A stretch of 64,000 nucleotides of DNA from Eledone cirrhosa (GCA_964016885.1 OZ024757.1:34224001-34288000), one strand, 5' to 3'. Shown: positions 1-49,060, numbered from the stretch's first letter. Program-made: numbers and translations. Notes: generated by a model not told the origin, from the letters alone.

Positions 1-769
1 TCCCGCTTATGTATGGTTATATCAAGAGCAGAGGAAAAGTTGTCAAGTCTTTTAATACACTGATGGGTCCTTCTAACCCCTAGTTTGACAAGCTTTCTAT
101 GGTTGGATGTCCTTTCTAACACCAACCATTTTACAGCATGTACTAGGTGCTTTCATTGACATAACTAAAAATGTCATTGCCTCAAAAAACCCTGTTTAAC
201 TTATGCCAGTATGGAAAAGTCAATATAAAACTAGGATGATGATATACATACATATATACATACATACATCCTTCCATCCATCTATCTATCCCTCTTATAT
301 ACCAGATATACCATATCTCTATCTAAGGACCGCTGTCCACTCTACCATACACTATGAGGTGTCAGGTGACAATCTGCTGGACATGTACTCGCTGTCTCTC
401 CCACTGTTTTTATCTCCCCCCCTCTTTCTCCCCACTCTCTATGGTCCTGTATGCTTTTGGTGGTGGTGGGGAGATTAATCGACAAAATCCGGGACCAAGG
501 AAACAATGTTTCCATTTGTCTTTCCATTGTTGATACTATCTACCAGAAGGAAGATAGTATCACAACTCCTAGCAGAAGGAGCAATGTGAAATAAAGTGTC
601 TTTCTTACCCAAGGGTGAATTGAACTCACAACTTCATGATTGCTAATCCACTTCTCTAACCACTAAGCTACATGCTTTATATCTACTGTTCTATTATTGT
701 TATTCCTACTGTTGTCCTTTGCTGATGTCTCCTTTCCTTTACTTGATGTAAACCTCACTCTATTATTAA

Positions 770-990
770 GGGCGGTGGGTTGGCAGTATTGGTAGAGGGT
801 CAGACGCTATGCTTTGTAGTGTAGAGTTATGGCCCTTTATCTTCTGAGTTCAAATCCTGCCGAGTTAAATTTGCTTTTTATCCTTATGGGGTTGATAAAA
901 TAAAGTACCAGTCACACACTGGGGTCGATTTAATCGACTTTCCCTTCCCCAAATATTGCTGGCCTTGTGCCTATAATAGAAATCATTATT
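770..990 (+). mobile_element. tRNA-derived SINE with Meta-like central domain (representative of >20 copies)
   Basis: tggcagtatcggtagag...gagttcaaatcc head, gcctttcatccttacggggtcgataaaataaagtacc core, (TAT)n tail. Copies near 14645, 17290(-), 27370-27675, 29620, 30210-31000, 33680-34600, 35720, 36100, 40100, 43575(-), 44500, 47760, 52960-53500, 54738, 55552, 61845(-). Confidence 0.85.
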
Positions 991-1009
991 ATTCTTATTA
1001 TTTCCTCAG

Positions 1010-36722
<35,713 letters not shown>

Positions 36723-37552
36723 GATTATTCAACAATGGAATTAAGTTTTCATAAACATTGGCTGTGAATTATTTCTATCATTACTATGTTTATTTGTTTT
36801 TGTTTTTTATCATATTATTTTGTTGTTTTTGTGGGGGCAGGTTCAGTTCTGGTTTAATGCATGATATTGTATCAATGAGGTGATGAATTGACAGAGTCGG
36901 TAGAATGTCGGAGAGAGTTTTTGCAATTTCACAGATAGAGCTCTCTGCTGTCTGAGGTGAACTTTGCCTTTCATCCATTCAAGCTTGATAAAAAAAAGTA
37001 GAAGTGTAATACTGGAGTTGGTTCTTTCTCTAAATCTCTTTCTCACTTTTTATCCTTCTCTAGAAGAAATCTGCTGTGCTCAGGCCTGGAGAGGAGGTGG
37101 GTTCTGCCAGGCTAAAATAAACAAGGAATACCATCCCTACAACTCCATCAACAGTTATGGGGCCATATCATATCATCATTGTAACAATATTGGTTAAAAG
37201 AATTTTTTTCTCGTTTTCGGGTTTATTCCATTTTTTCATTGAATTCTTTTTTTCTCTGTTGTAAACAGTTATCAAGAAATGCAAATTCTTTTATAAAAAA
37301 AATGAAAAATGAAAAAGCAAATAAGGGAGAAAGTTTTAGTTACGTTTTTTTTAAATATTAAAATACTACAATCTTTTCAATTTATGTGTGTATATATAAT
37401 ATATAGATGTATATAAATATGCATATAAATATGTATATATAGATAGATGAGTGTGTGTTACAATAATGATGATACCATTATATATATATATATATATAGT
37501 TACCCCATTATTGTAACACATATACACAAATACTTTTCAGTATATATATATA

Positions 37553-38094
37553 TGAGGGAAGCCTTCAAAAAGTTTGAGGAAAAAGTACACAGCTAAAAGT
37601 CATATACAGGGAATTTGATCTCAATGCATGTGTATGTTCTCGTACTAACATATCATAACATGTTTTAACATGAACCCTTAAATGCATGTTGCAGCACGGC
37701 GCTGCCAGTCAGAAGTCAGCACCTGCTCGAGCAACATCAAAACATGAAATTCATGGTGAAGCTAGGGTGGCAGAGCAGCCAAATCATTGACACTCTGGAG
37801 AAAGTTTATGGGGACAATGCCCCAAAGAAATCAACAACCTTCAAATGGATAAGTTGTTTTAGAAGTGAAGAGATGAGATTGAAGATGATCCCCAGTTCAC
37901 AATGTAAAAAAAAGCTGCTTTGACAAGGTTTAACTTGCCTGGCCCTCCGTTTTACACAGATGGACTTAAAGGCTGGTATCAACGCTTGCAGAAGTATATA
38001 AACCTAGATGGAGCATATGTTGAAAAATAAACATCATAACTTAAACAGTTTCTTCCAACTGTTCTTTTTCCTCAAACTTTTTGAATCCCCCTCG
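37553..38094 (+). mobile_element. Internally deleted mariner (Hsmar2/irritans-like)
   Basis: TIRs (t/c)gaggg..ttcaaaaagtttgaggaaaaag with TA flanks; MKFMVKLGW...KVYGDNAPKKS...KW and GLKGWYQRLQK...LDGAYVEK*. Confidence 0.88.
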
Positions 38095-38457
38095 TATATA
38101 TATATATATACATCGAAGCTTGTAGTTTGACTATGACAGTGCAAAAGGGAAAGTAGATTTTGGAATAAATTGAAAGCAACAAAGATGTTGGTGCTTCACC
38201 TATTATTTTATATATCACTTTGATAGGTTTTAGCCAGTGATGGCTCAGGTAATGTCTAATTATATATATTTATAGAATTATATATGTTTATAGAATTCTT
38301 TCTGCCTTTGTCACTCTAAATATAAATTATAGCCTTAAAGAATTAGCTTTTAATGAATTCCCTTTTCTTTCAACCAATGACCTCCACCCATCCCACTCCC
38401 CACCCTCTCCTACCACATGAAAAGATATAAATACCACAACATTTATCTTGGACAACC

Positions 38458-38508
38458 AGATTCCTGATGATTTCTAAAGAATGAAACAGTTCTAGTCCTG
38501 TAGAATCT
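38458..38508 (+). ncRNA. Type I hammerhead ribozyme-like motif
   Basis: agattc-CTGATGA-tttc taaa gaat-GAAA-cag ttctagtc ctg-TA-gaatct; GUA site; T.T at the base of stem II. Confidence 0.6.
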
Positions 38509-40984
38509 CATCTATATTAAAACTATATATATATATATAAATTTAAATAAGTTTAAATATTTGGAACCCCTACAATATATATATATATATATATATATAT
38601 GTATTGGTATCATTATTATTGTAGAAACAATTATTATTGTAACACACACACACCCACACATACACACATATATACACATTATATTATAAAGGTATATTTT
38701 TGTATTCAGTCATTGCATTATTCAGCTTCTTCTATGTTATGAAAGTTAGTTGTAACTCACTTACTGGACAAATTGAAAGCAATATATGGATTATAAAACA
38801 TTCCAGCAGAACATAATAGTGTGTTAGCATGTAGAATCGAATATAAGCTTAGGAATATGTGACCAACAAATCGATGGTAAAATGGGAACTTTGGCTTATG
38901 TACGCCATTTAAACTGGCCATATCCCGCTAGAATTCTCTCACTTCTTTCTGTTCAAACCGGCTGTAACTGGCCACTCATAATTATGTATATTAAGTATTG
39001 TTCTCAAAATGAATAATATCAAAATCTCAAATTCGATATTATGTGAAATAAAGTGTTTACCATGAAAATACAATAGTATATATAGAGTAATGTAAATGCT
39101 AAAGAATCAATGTGTTGATTAGCTGCCTCAGTGTTTGGAATTTCATCTATTTCAGACATAAAATGGTGGGGGAGGTCGGCTTACAATCGTGTTTACTTGT
39201 TATTTTATTTCATTAAGCCATCACAATCAACATCATCATCGCTATCAACATTATCATCATCATCATCACCATCATCAGCACCATCATCATCACCACCATT
39301 GTCATCATCACTATCAAAATCATCACCATCATCATCATCATCAACACCATTTAATGTTTGTTTTCCATGCATGCATGAGTTAGACAGGTTGTCATGTACT
39401 GAAGCTAGACTGGTTAGGCATTCTGTTTGAGGGGATTGGTTTCTATAGTTGGATGTCCTTCCTAATGCCAACCACTTTATAATGTGTATTGGGAGCATTT
39501 TAACACTGATTCTGGCACTGCTATCTTACAGGGTGAACATAAAGCTTTTTGTCCTTGAACCAGCACTACCACCTTACAGGATAGTCTGGGAACATTTTAT
39601 TGTAACTCCAGCAATATCAACATTCAGGGTGGGCTAAGAACTTTTTATTATGACTCTAGCAGTACCACCTTACAAGGTGAACTGGGAATATTTTATCATG
39701 ACTTTACAGTACATTTCATTCATTTCATTTTAACATATTTTAGCATTACTGAAGATTCCAATACCTGTGAAGGCATATGGCCTAGTGGTTAGGTAGTCTG
39801 ACTTACAATCATAATGTTGTAGTTCCAATTTCTGAACCAGGTGGTGCATTGTGTTCTGGAGCAAACTATTTCATTTCACATTGCTCCAGTATACTCAACT
39901 GAGAATGAGTACCAACAGTAGCTGGGCGTATAACCTTGCGATGGACTGATATCCCATCTAGAAGGGAATTCTTGTACCGTTAGTCACTTAATGCTACAGA
40001 AATTGGGATAAGCACTGACCTGATGAGTATCAGCAGTAAATAGCAGGTGATTAACCCTGTGATGGACTGGCATCCTGCCCAGGGGGTATTATTGTACACG
40101 GTGGATTGGCAGTATCGGTAGAGGGTCAGACGCCATGCTTTCCAGCACAGTTACGTCCCTTTACGATATGAGTTCAAATCCCGCCGAGGTTGACTTTGCC
40201 TTTCATCCTTACGGGGTCGATAAAATAAAGTACCAGTAATGCACTGGGTATTTGCTGGCCTTGTGCCTAAAGTAGAAACAATTATTGTACACTTAACTGC
40301 TTAACACCAATAACTCTGTGTGTGTATGTATATATATATATATATATATAATATATACCATATATACACCATATAAAAGGTACATATATTGTCGTAAAAG
40401 GTGTATATATTTACATTTTAAAATGTACATATATATATATATGTATTTACACACCTTGTAAGAGGTATATATATATGTTTTTAAAATATACATATATACA
40501 CCTTGTAGAATATATATATATAATATGTATATAATGTGAATATACATCTTGTAAAGTGGGTAAAATTTGTTATTTTATGGTGAAATTTATAGATATTTTT
40601 GTGTTTGAAGTTGTTAGGATTGGAAAATATTTCTCTTTATAAACGTGCCTTACTTGTTAATGTCTTCTCTTTACGTTCTGAGTTTAAACCCCACCAAGGG
40701 TCAACTTTACTTTTCATCCTTCCAGCGAGGAGAAAATAAAGTACCAGTCATGTACTGGGGTCGATATGACCAACATTGCCCCTACGCCACTAAAAACAAT
40801 TGCAAGTTTTGTGCCAAAATTAGAAATTATTATCATTAGCAATGAAATTCATCTTGGGGTAGATAGTGGTGTCATTGTTGTGCCAAAATTTAGGAACCAG
40901 GGCTCTCACACACATATTTGGGTTTCACTTTTTTCTTTTCTAATTTGCCTTTTCAAATAGAATCATTTCAAAACAATGCTGGAT

Positions 40985-41972
40985 TGAAAAGTTTGAATTG
41001 GGGTGGGTGTATAGAAATAGTGGACAGCTTCCGTTACCTGGGTGACAAAATCAGCAGTGGGGGAGGGTGCTCTGAAAGTACAGTAGCTAGAGTCAGAACT
41101 GGGTGGAAAAAGTTCAGAGAGCTTATACCACTATTAGCCGCTAAAGGGTTCTCCCTAAAAATGAAAGGCAGGCTGTACGATGCCTGCATACGAACAGCAA
41201 TGTTGCACGGCAGTGAGACCTGGGCATTGTGTGCAGAGGATATACGCAGACTAGAGAGAAACGAAGCTTGCATGCTCCGCTGGATGTGTAATAGTAATAT
41301 ACGTGAACGACAAAGCATAAACGAACTAAGGAAAAAATTAGAAATAAGAGGGATCAGATGTTGTTTACTAGAGAGAAGGCTACGTTGGTATGGTCACGTG
41401 ATGCGCATGAAGGACGATAGCTGTATAACAAAGTGCAGGGCAATAAAGATAGACGGTAGCCACGGAATAGGCAGACCCAGAAAAACCTGGGACGAGCTGA
41501 TAAACTCTGACCTCACACACTTACACCTCACCAAGACAATGTCACTGGACCGAGACCTTTGGCGGTACTCAGTAATAGAGAAGACCCGCCTTACCTAAAT
41601 ACAAAGTAAAACCTACTACAGTCAGTAGGCATCTCTAACAAAATACACCCCCACCCCATCCACACCGCCCCCTTCTATGTAAAGTTATGTTGGTGCCACA
41701 CCATCCAGGCCGAAACAAATGAGATCGTGTAGGTGTCACGACAAAAAAACACACAGTCCACGCTGTAATGTGGCCGTGTAGGCAACACGGTAAAAACCTC
41801 CCAGACCCACACTGTAAATGTGGTTGGTGTTAGGAAGGGCATCCAACTGTAGAAAACCTGCCAGACAGTCCTATGCGAGCAAGACAATCACTCTTGCCTC
41901 AAGTGGGAATACCCCCGTCCAAACCCATGCAAGCGTGGAACACGGACGTTAAACGTTGATGATGATGATGAT
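40985..41972 (+). mobile_element. RTE-clade LINE 3' fragment with (GAT)n tail
   Basis: EIVDSFRYLG..., LHGSETW, RRLRWYGHVMRM, GRPRKTW; the 3' UTR is nearly identical to 8660-9097. Confidence 0.88.
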
Positions 41973-41982
41973 ATTGCTTATA

Positions 41983-43129
41983 TCGAGTATGGCTTGCTAA
42001 TTTGCTCTCTATATATAATATATATAGAGAGCAAATTAGCAAGCCATACTCGAGGACGAGCATTTCAGCTAACGGATTTCCAACCCGAGTGTGGTTGCGC
42101 TGAGAATGGAAGTGAATATGAGCTGGCTGGATTCTGCATGATGGACGGCAATAAGGGAGATAACTGAAGTTAGACTGATGCAGGGGGAGACGCTTTTCGT
42201 TTGAGTTAGTTCATTCTGGGTAAGATTTATCCCAGGTTTTTCTAGTTACATAACATGTACTTCACAGCAGGGGGGCAGCAATTACAAATATTGGCTCTTG
42301 TATTAAGGCAAATACTATTACGTAATCTCTGCAAGATGTTCACTCTGTCGTCGATACACAGCCTACAGGACAAATCCCCATTTCCATATGGCCTGGATTT
42401 GACCAGAACTTTCTATTGAATGGAATAATTCATGTCTGCATCTTTGTGCGACCATATGGCTTGCGAGCTTTGTGGACGACTGCTTATCAGAATGTCTAAA
42501 GGTCCTCTGATGGTTGAGGAAGTGTTCTTTAAACTGGCCCTTCACTATGCCTACATATGTTTTGATCTCCTGCTGTTGGTTTGGTCGAGTGGATGTAACT
42601 TCAGCTTCATAGATTACTGCGGGTATGTCACACTGTTGTTGAAGGGGTCATGCTTCTGGCTCTCTTGCAAGAGCATCCGGGTGGGGTTGACCTCTTGGAG
42701 TTGGTGGTGATGTGGGCTTTCATATTTTTAGTACAGAAATATCTGAGTTTCACCCTGTGTCGATTGAAGATAGATCTGTATTTATGTCCTATGGGAAAGC
42801 ATTTGTCTAAGAGTGCCAAGAATTTCCTACCTACATTGGTTCTAACACTGAACGAGAAGGGTGGGCAGAACCAAATTATTTTTTTATTTTTATTCCTCTT
42901 TCTACATGTAGTGTAATTAGGAGGGGAGTAAGAAATTTTATCAGGGAAGACACTGTTGGCTAATGCAGTGTAAGGTGCCGCTCTGCCAATGACCTTGTTA
43001 AAAGAAAGATTAGAAATACTAGTACTGATATTTTTAACAAAGTTTTTAAAAACCATAGGTGGGTGACATGAGTCCTTGTGTATATAAGTTAACTTTTCAT
43101 TAAATTTGTGGAAAGGTCTGAATTCCCAC
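41983..43129 (-). mobile_element. Penelope-like (Naiad-type) retroelement 3' relic: RT thumb, CxCx5C linker, GIY-YIG endonuclease
   Basis: YIHKDSCHPP, IIWFCPPFSFSVRTNVGRKFLALLDKCFP, CSC..., VIYEAEV...YVG...FK...NH...STKLASH, CRLC; frameshifts and stops present. Confidence 0.85.
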
Positions 43130-43809
43130 CTGTGTTTTCCTTGCTAAAATTAAATTAATTCATGTAGAAATATTTTATTCTTTAATCTACATTTGGATTT
43201 TGTACTCTTTTACCTTTACCTGCCCATGGGCTGTGGCCATGCTGCAACATGCACATTTGGTCCTAACATCTGGTATTTTCATATTTTAAGACTAAATTTA
43301 CTACAATTTCTCTGGTTTCATTTATTTTATTTTTTTAATAATATTTTGTTGTTGTTGATATATTTTACACAATTTGTTCATTATACATGTTCAAGGTCCT
43401 TCGATTGTCTATATTCCATATAATCCATTTTATTTACAAATTATATCAGTGTGATTTACAAATTATATCAGTTTTATTGACAAATTATATCAGTTTTTGT
43501 ATATTTTCTGAAGCTTTCCTGTTTTTCTTGTTTTTTTTATTATACTGTTAACAAAAACATCAACAATAATAATTGTGTCAACTTTTGGCACAAGGCCAGC
43601 AATTTGAAGGGAGGGAGAAAGTCTATTAAATTGACCCCAGTGCATTAGGGGTACTTTGTCTTTCATCCTTATGGGGTTGATAAAATAAAGTTAACCTCAG
43701 TGGGATTTGAACTCAGAACGTTAAGGAATGTAACTATATCCTGCAAAACGTTGTCTAATGCTCAACAAATACTGCTAATCCACTGCCCTCATTAATGATA
43801 ATAATAATA

Positions 43810-44240
43810 ATGGTTTAATTTATTGGCCACAAGGGCCGACATATAGGGGACAATACAATATATGGGGACAGTGGTGGTTTTACACAAAAATTGAGTAAAG
43901 AATAGGAAAACACTAACAATAAACAAGAAAAATACAACAATGAAAGTTCCCCAATAGGAGGATAACCACCCAGGGTTGATTCAGGTACCCCACCAATCCA
44001 GAACCACCTGACGCTTTGCGGGCACCCGGCAAGGGTACCCCTCTCCTCCGAGGGTCACTCATGGAGAAAGCACACAAAAAAAGCCACGGTTACCATAACC
44101 GCTAGCACAAGCGCCCTCTTCCAGTTTTCCTCCTACGATACTACAGGCACATGCTCAGGGCAAGCCCATTCACACAGGCCATTCTTGTCTCTCTCACCCA
44201 CCTTTTAACAAACTGGTTGGGAGGCAGTACTTCCCTCTCC
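43810..44240 (-). mobile_element. L1/Tx1-like 3' end fragment (related pieces at 30680-30882 and 34090-34300)
   Basis: FVKRWVRE... terminal motif and shared 3' UTR sequence among the copies. Confidence 0.45.
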
Positions 44241-46758
44241 ACCCTGATTTTCCACAATGCCAGCAATTTGTGGGGAAAAGGGAAAATCGATTATATAAAC
44301 CCAGTATCTACTTAAAATAAAGTATCAGTTAAGTACTGAGGTCGATATAATTTATTTTCCTCTTTTCCCCCAAATTGCTGGCTTTGTGCCAATGTTAGAA
44401 AAAATATAATCTTTTGTTTTATTTTTAAAATGTGTTTTTTAGTGAGAATGTTTATTCCCAGATATATGTTGTTTTGGTTTTCTAATGTACTTGGGACAGG
44501 TGATGAATTGGCAGAGTTGTAAGAATACTGGATAGAATGCTTTGCAGTATTTGTTTCAACTCTCTGAATTCTTAGTTCAAATCCTGCCGAGGTTAGCATT
44601 GCCTTTCATCCTTTTGAGGTCGATTAAAAAAAAAAAAAAAAAATGTACCAGTCTAGTACTGGGATCGATTCTTCATCTATATCTCCTTCTCACTTCCTCT
44701 CTATCACCTGCTTTCTCTCTCCTTCTCTGGAAGAAATAGGCTGTGTTCAGACCTGGAGAGGAGATGAGCTCTGCCAGGCTGGTTGAAAAATGACCAAGAA
44801 ATGTTGTATGTCACTACAGCACCCTTATAACTCCACGAGGAGTTATGAGTCTATGCATACATATATATTTAGCTGAGAAAGATATCATTTTTTTTTCATT
44901 TTGTCTGTTGCTGTTTGTTTTATTTTATTAGCAACGCGTATTCAACATTATCATATTTTATGTTATGACAACAATAATGACGGCAATAATAAAAAATAAG
45001 GTGGGGGGGGGGGGAGAAAGAATATGGAAATATAGAGGAGAAAGAAAGAAGAAAAAGAATAGGAAGGGGAATGATGGCAAGAGCTCTGGTGTCGCAGAGA
45101 GAGGGGAGGGGTGATTGACTTTGGGCCTAGGGCAAGAGGGCAGAAGTGCTGTGCCCCGCAGACAAGATGACAAAAGCTTTCCTGCAGATGATGGCCAGTG
45201 ACAACCACTGCAACAGCTACCCAACCTAGTGTGGCACCCTCCTCAGACGGGCTGCTGACGCTCTGATTTTGCGGAGGAGCTCGGCAGTACGGGGGTCCAA
45301 GTACATACTTGTTCCTATTTTTTCTTGTATTTCTAAGGAATCGTTGCCTTGCCTATGTAAGGAATGGTTGTTGTTGTTGTTGTTATCGTAAGACGGTTCA
45401 ATCTCTCATTTTACAGAGTCTGTCATTCTCTTTTGATTCCTACTTCACACCAATTCCTTTCCATCAATGATAATCATTTTGATAAAGGCATTAACATCAC
45501 AACTTCACATATAAAATGTTCTTGTAAATATTTCATCTTTATTGGGAATTTTTTTGCTAATTTATATCTCAAAATCATTAGGTCCTAGCTTTAATTCCAC
45601 TGCATGGTATCTTAACCTAGTGTCATTTACCCATGACTTGTGAATAAAACTGGATAGACAAAAACTGTTTGGTAGCTGGTCAGATGGACTTTACTTATAA
45701 TTTAAAGGGCCAGCCTTGTCACTCAGTGTTTCATAAGGAATTTCATTCAGAAATACATTAAGGGTACACAGTTTTTGTAGAATGCTCAGCCACTTACACT
45801 ATAATGTAAGATGGGCTGTACCTATAAGTCAAAGGGCTAGCCCTGTCACTCAGTGTTTCATACTCAATTTCTATGATAATCTTGTTAAGGGTTCTCAGTA
45901 TCTGTTGTATGCTCAACCCAGCCACTTATAGTTAATTTCACAAGCAGATACTACAATTGATTGAACAACTGGAACACTCATCGTCAAAACAGACGGAGAT
46001 CCATTTTATTTCTCTCAAAATTATATATCTTTCAAAATTTTATATCTTTCTCTACATAGCTTGTTTTTGTAGCTCTAGAAATAATCAAGTGAGCCTCATT
46101 TGATTGTTTTTCCCAAGAGTAACATGAAAGCTATAATTTCTAATATAAGGGAGGTGGATAACATAAGATTGTGTGATGTTCATGCTTTTCTCATCAGCAA
46201 TTAAATATATGTTACAACTCAAGAACTCAACTTGTCAGATGTTTCCAGTTGGAGGATGTGCTTTAAAATCCTTCCTGTTTCCAATATACTGTATTGAATA
46301 TATGCTGTATTAATATATGAAGGATTCAGGACCCCGATGGGTGAGCTCCAGCCATTTCAACAGCTAGATCTGAATGCTTGATCAGATCTAGCTGTTGAAA
46401 TGGCCAGAGCTCAGCCGTCGGTGTCCCAAATCCTTCATATTACCCACTCTACTACCCCAAGTATTGAGTACTCTGGTGAGTAATGGTTTAACAGGTTTTT
46501 ACTACATCTATTATTATTTATATATATATATATATATATGCTCATTTTATTAAGGCTAAATAGTGAGTCTTGTTACTCTGTAGTTTTGCCTGTTTACCAC
46601 AGGGCCATCAGACAAGAACTGTTCTTGTTTGATGACCCTGTGATAAATAGGTAAAACTACAGAGTAACAAGACTCACTATTTAGCCTTAATAAAATGAAT
46701 ATTTAAACTCTACTTCAGTATTGAGTACTCTTTTCTCTCAACCATCAACCACACACAC

Positions 46759-46793
<35 letters not shown>

Positions 46794-49060
46794 CATATAT
46801 ATATTGTATTAATTGTATTCAGTGCAAATTGTTAATTTTTGAAAACTTATCTTGAATTAAATCGAATTTGTTTTTTATATTCTTTTGTTTCTTTTCTTTT
46901 GTATGTTGTTAAATATTGTTGTAAAAACTTGTTTTATTCATCTGAAATGAAAGTAAAACCAGAAGAGCCAAAGTTCCAGATATTTTCATTTAACGATCAT
47001 GGCTGGTTGTAAAATGTTACTACTATAGTGTGTGTCTAAAGTCTGTCTTAAGCCAGAACGCTCGTTAGGTTGGTGCTTATCCCAGTTTCATGGTGTGAAG
47101 CGACTGAGAGTACAAGACTTCCCCCTGGATAGAACGCCAGTCCATTGCAGGATTGAACCCCCAGCTATTGCTGGTACTCATTTTCAGCTGAGTATACTGG
47201 AGCAATGTGACATAAAGTGTTTTGCTAAAGAACACAACACACAACCTAAGTCAAGCAATCGAACCCACAACATTATGATTGTAAGTCTAACACACTTACC
47301 ATTAGGCTATATGCCTATATTGTGTACTTTAAAGAAATAGAGAAAGAGAAAGTGACGTCCAAACGAGTACCCTCCACATCTAGGTCTCGGTTGACAAGAT
47401 GGAGAATACGTTGCCCTGGAGAACAGCGAGATAGGAGACGCATGTTACAGCCACTCCACCTTGTGGGGCTCACACCTGTAAACGGTCAACTCCACTCTGA
47501 TAGCAATGAGTAGCAATGTGGTTCAGGGACCAAGAACGCTGGAAGTCTCCACTGCCATAGGCTCTAACACATAGTTTTAAGGCAACAATCATATTCACTG
47601 TTTGTCTCAAGTTATTACTGTGTTGCTACAAAACCATCTTACAACAATGTAATTCAGAAAATGTTTATATTTAGCTTCTATTTCTTCCCTAAAGTTTCAA
47701 AACTGGTGATGACTGAGTGCCTGCAATTGAATAAAATTCATATTGATACAACTAGTTCTGAGGCAACGAATTGACAGTCGTTAGAACATCTGATAGAATG
47801 CTTTGCAGTGTTCATTCCAGCACTCTGTACTCAGAATTCAAGATTTACCTAGGTCAACTTTACCTTTCATCAATACGAAGTCAACAAAAATGTACCAGAC
47901 CAGTACTGGGGTTGATTCTTCCTCTATATCTCTTTCTCATTTCCAAACTCTCTCTCTCACTCTTTTTCTCTTTCTCTACAAGAAATGGGCTGAGTTCCAA
48001 CCTGGAGACAGATGTGCTCAGCCAGGTTTAAAGTGGCCAAGACACTGTATATTACTACAGTTCTCCCTACTACACCACAAAGAGTTACACGTCAATACAT
48101 ACATCATCATCACTGATATACATGTGTATGTGTATTTGTGTGCAATGGAACTCTGTTGGTTTCGTTGATGAGTGTTCCAGTTGTTTGACCAACGAAACAG
48201 TCTGCTCATAAGACTAACGTGTAAGTGACTGAGCATTCCACAAACACGTGTACGCATAACAAAATTCTCAGGGAGATTCAGCGTTACGAGGCTGGCCTTT
48301 GAATTACAGGTACAGTCCATCCATTGCTCTTCTAGTTTCCGATTATCCAGTTTCACTCACAAGACATTGATCAACCCAAGGCTATGATAAATGACACTTG
48401 TCCAATTTGCCAAACAGTGGGATTGAACCTGGGACCTCATGATTGCGAAGAGAACTACTTAACCATTCGACCACGCTGTTTCCAAGAAGTTAAAAAAAAA
48501 TCTCTCGCAAAGAAATCTCAGAGATAAAAAACAAAGGGGGATAAGTCTAAATAACTTTTTAGATGTTCATTTCATAACAACCGAATCTACAGTAAACAAA
48601 TATGAATAGAAGCCTTATCTGAGACGCCAGTCAGCAATTCTTTTGCTCTTTTCCCTATCCTTGATGCTGCGGTAAAGGCGAGGGCCACGACATCCGTTGC
48701 TAAAAAATTTAAATGCTAGGAATGATTGGCAAAATATTTTTCCAGCCGGTGTGATTCGAGACGTTTGGGGGAGCTGTGCCGCTCACAACGAAGTTGGTCG
48801 CACGCCTTCCCGATGTATCAGGTGAAGGTGCTTGATTATTCTAGCGTCTTAGCTTCGCTTGCCCTACTATTAGAGGAAGGCTCCTGCGCCCCTTGTGGCG
48901 TGTGATATTTGTCTATTTTATTTATGTAAGAAAAATATGCTAAGTTATTATCTTAGCAACTAAATAATTAATTATACAGAAACTTACATTTTAAAGAACA
49001 AAATACATAAAAATAATTATAGAAAATAGTTAATTTATTTCATAACATCACAAAGTTTTA

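Noticed and set aside
770-870. tRNA-like A/B boxes in many places
   Set aside because: Heads of SINEs; no cloverleaf or acceptor stem
40015-40045. CTGATGAG core-like word (also at 8159-8175)
   Set aside because: No properly placed stem II, GAAA and stem I; 40015 is part of a SINE tail
40918-41598. 226-aa ORF as a host gene
   Set aside because: C-terminal part of an RTE LINE ORF, 5'-truncated, with multiple decayed paralogs in the window
42180-42245. Possible SECIS after the Penelope endonuclease stop (AUGA...AAA)
   Set aside because: No complementary helix II or GA quartet partner found by eye
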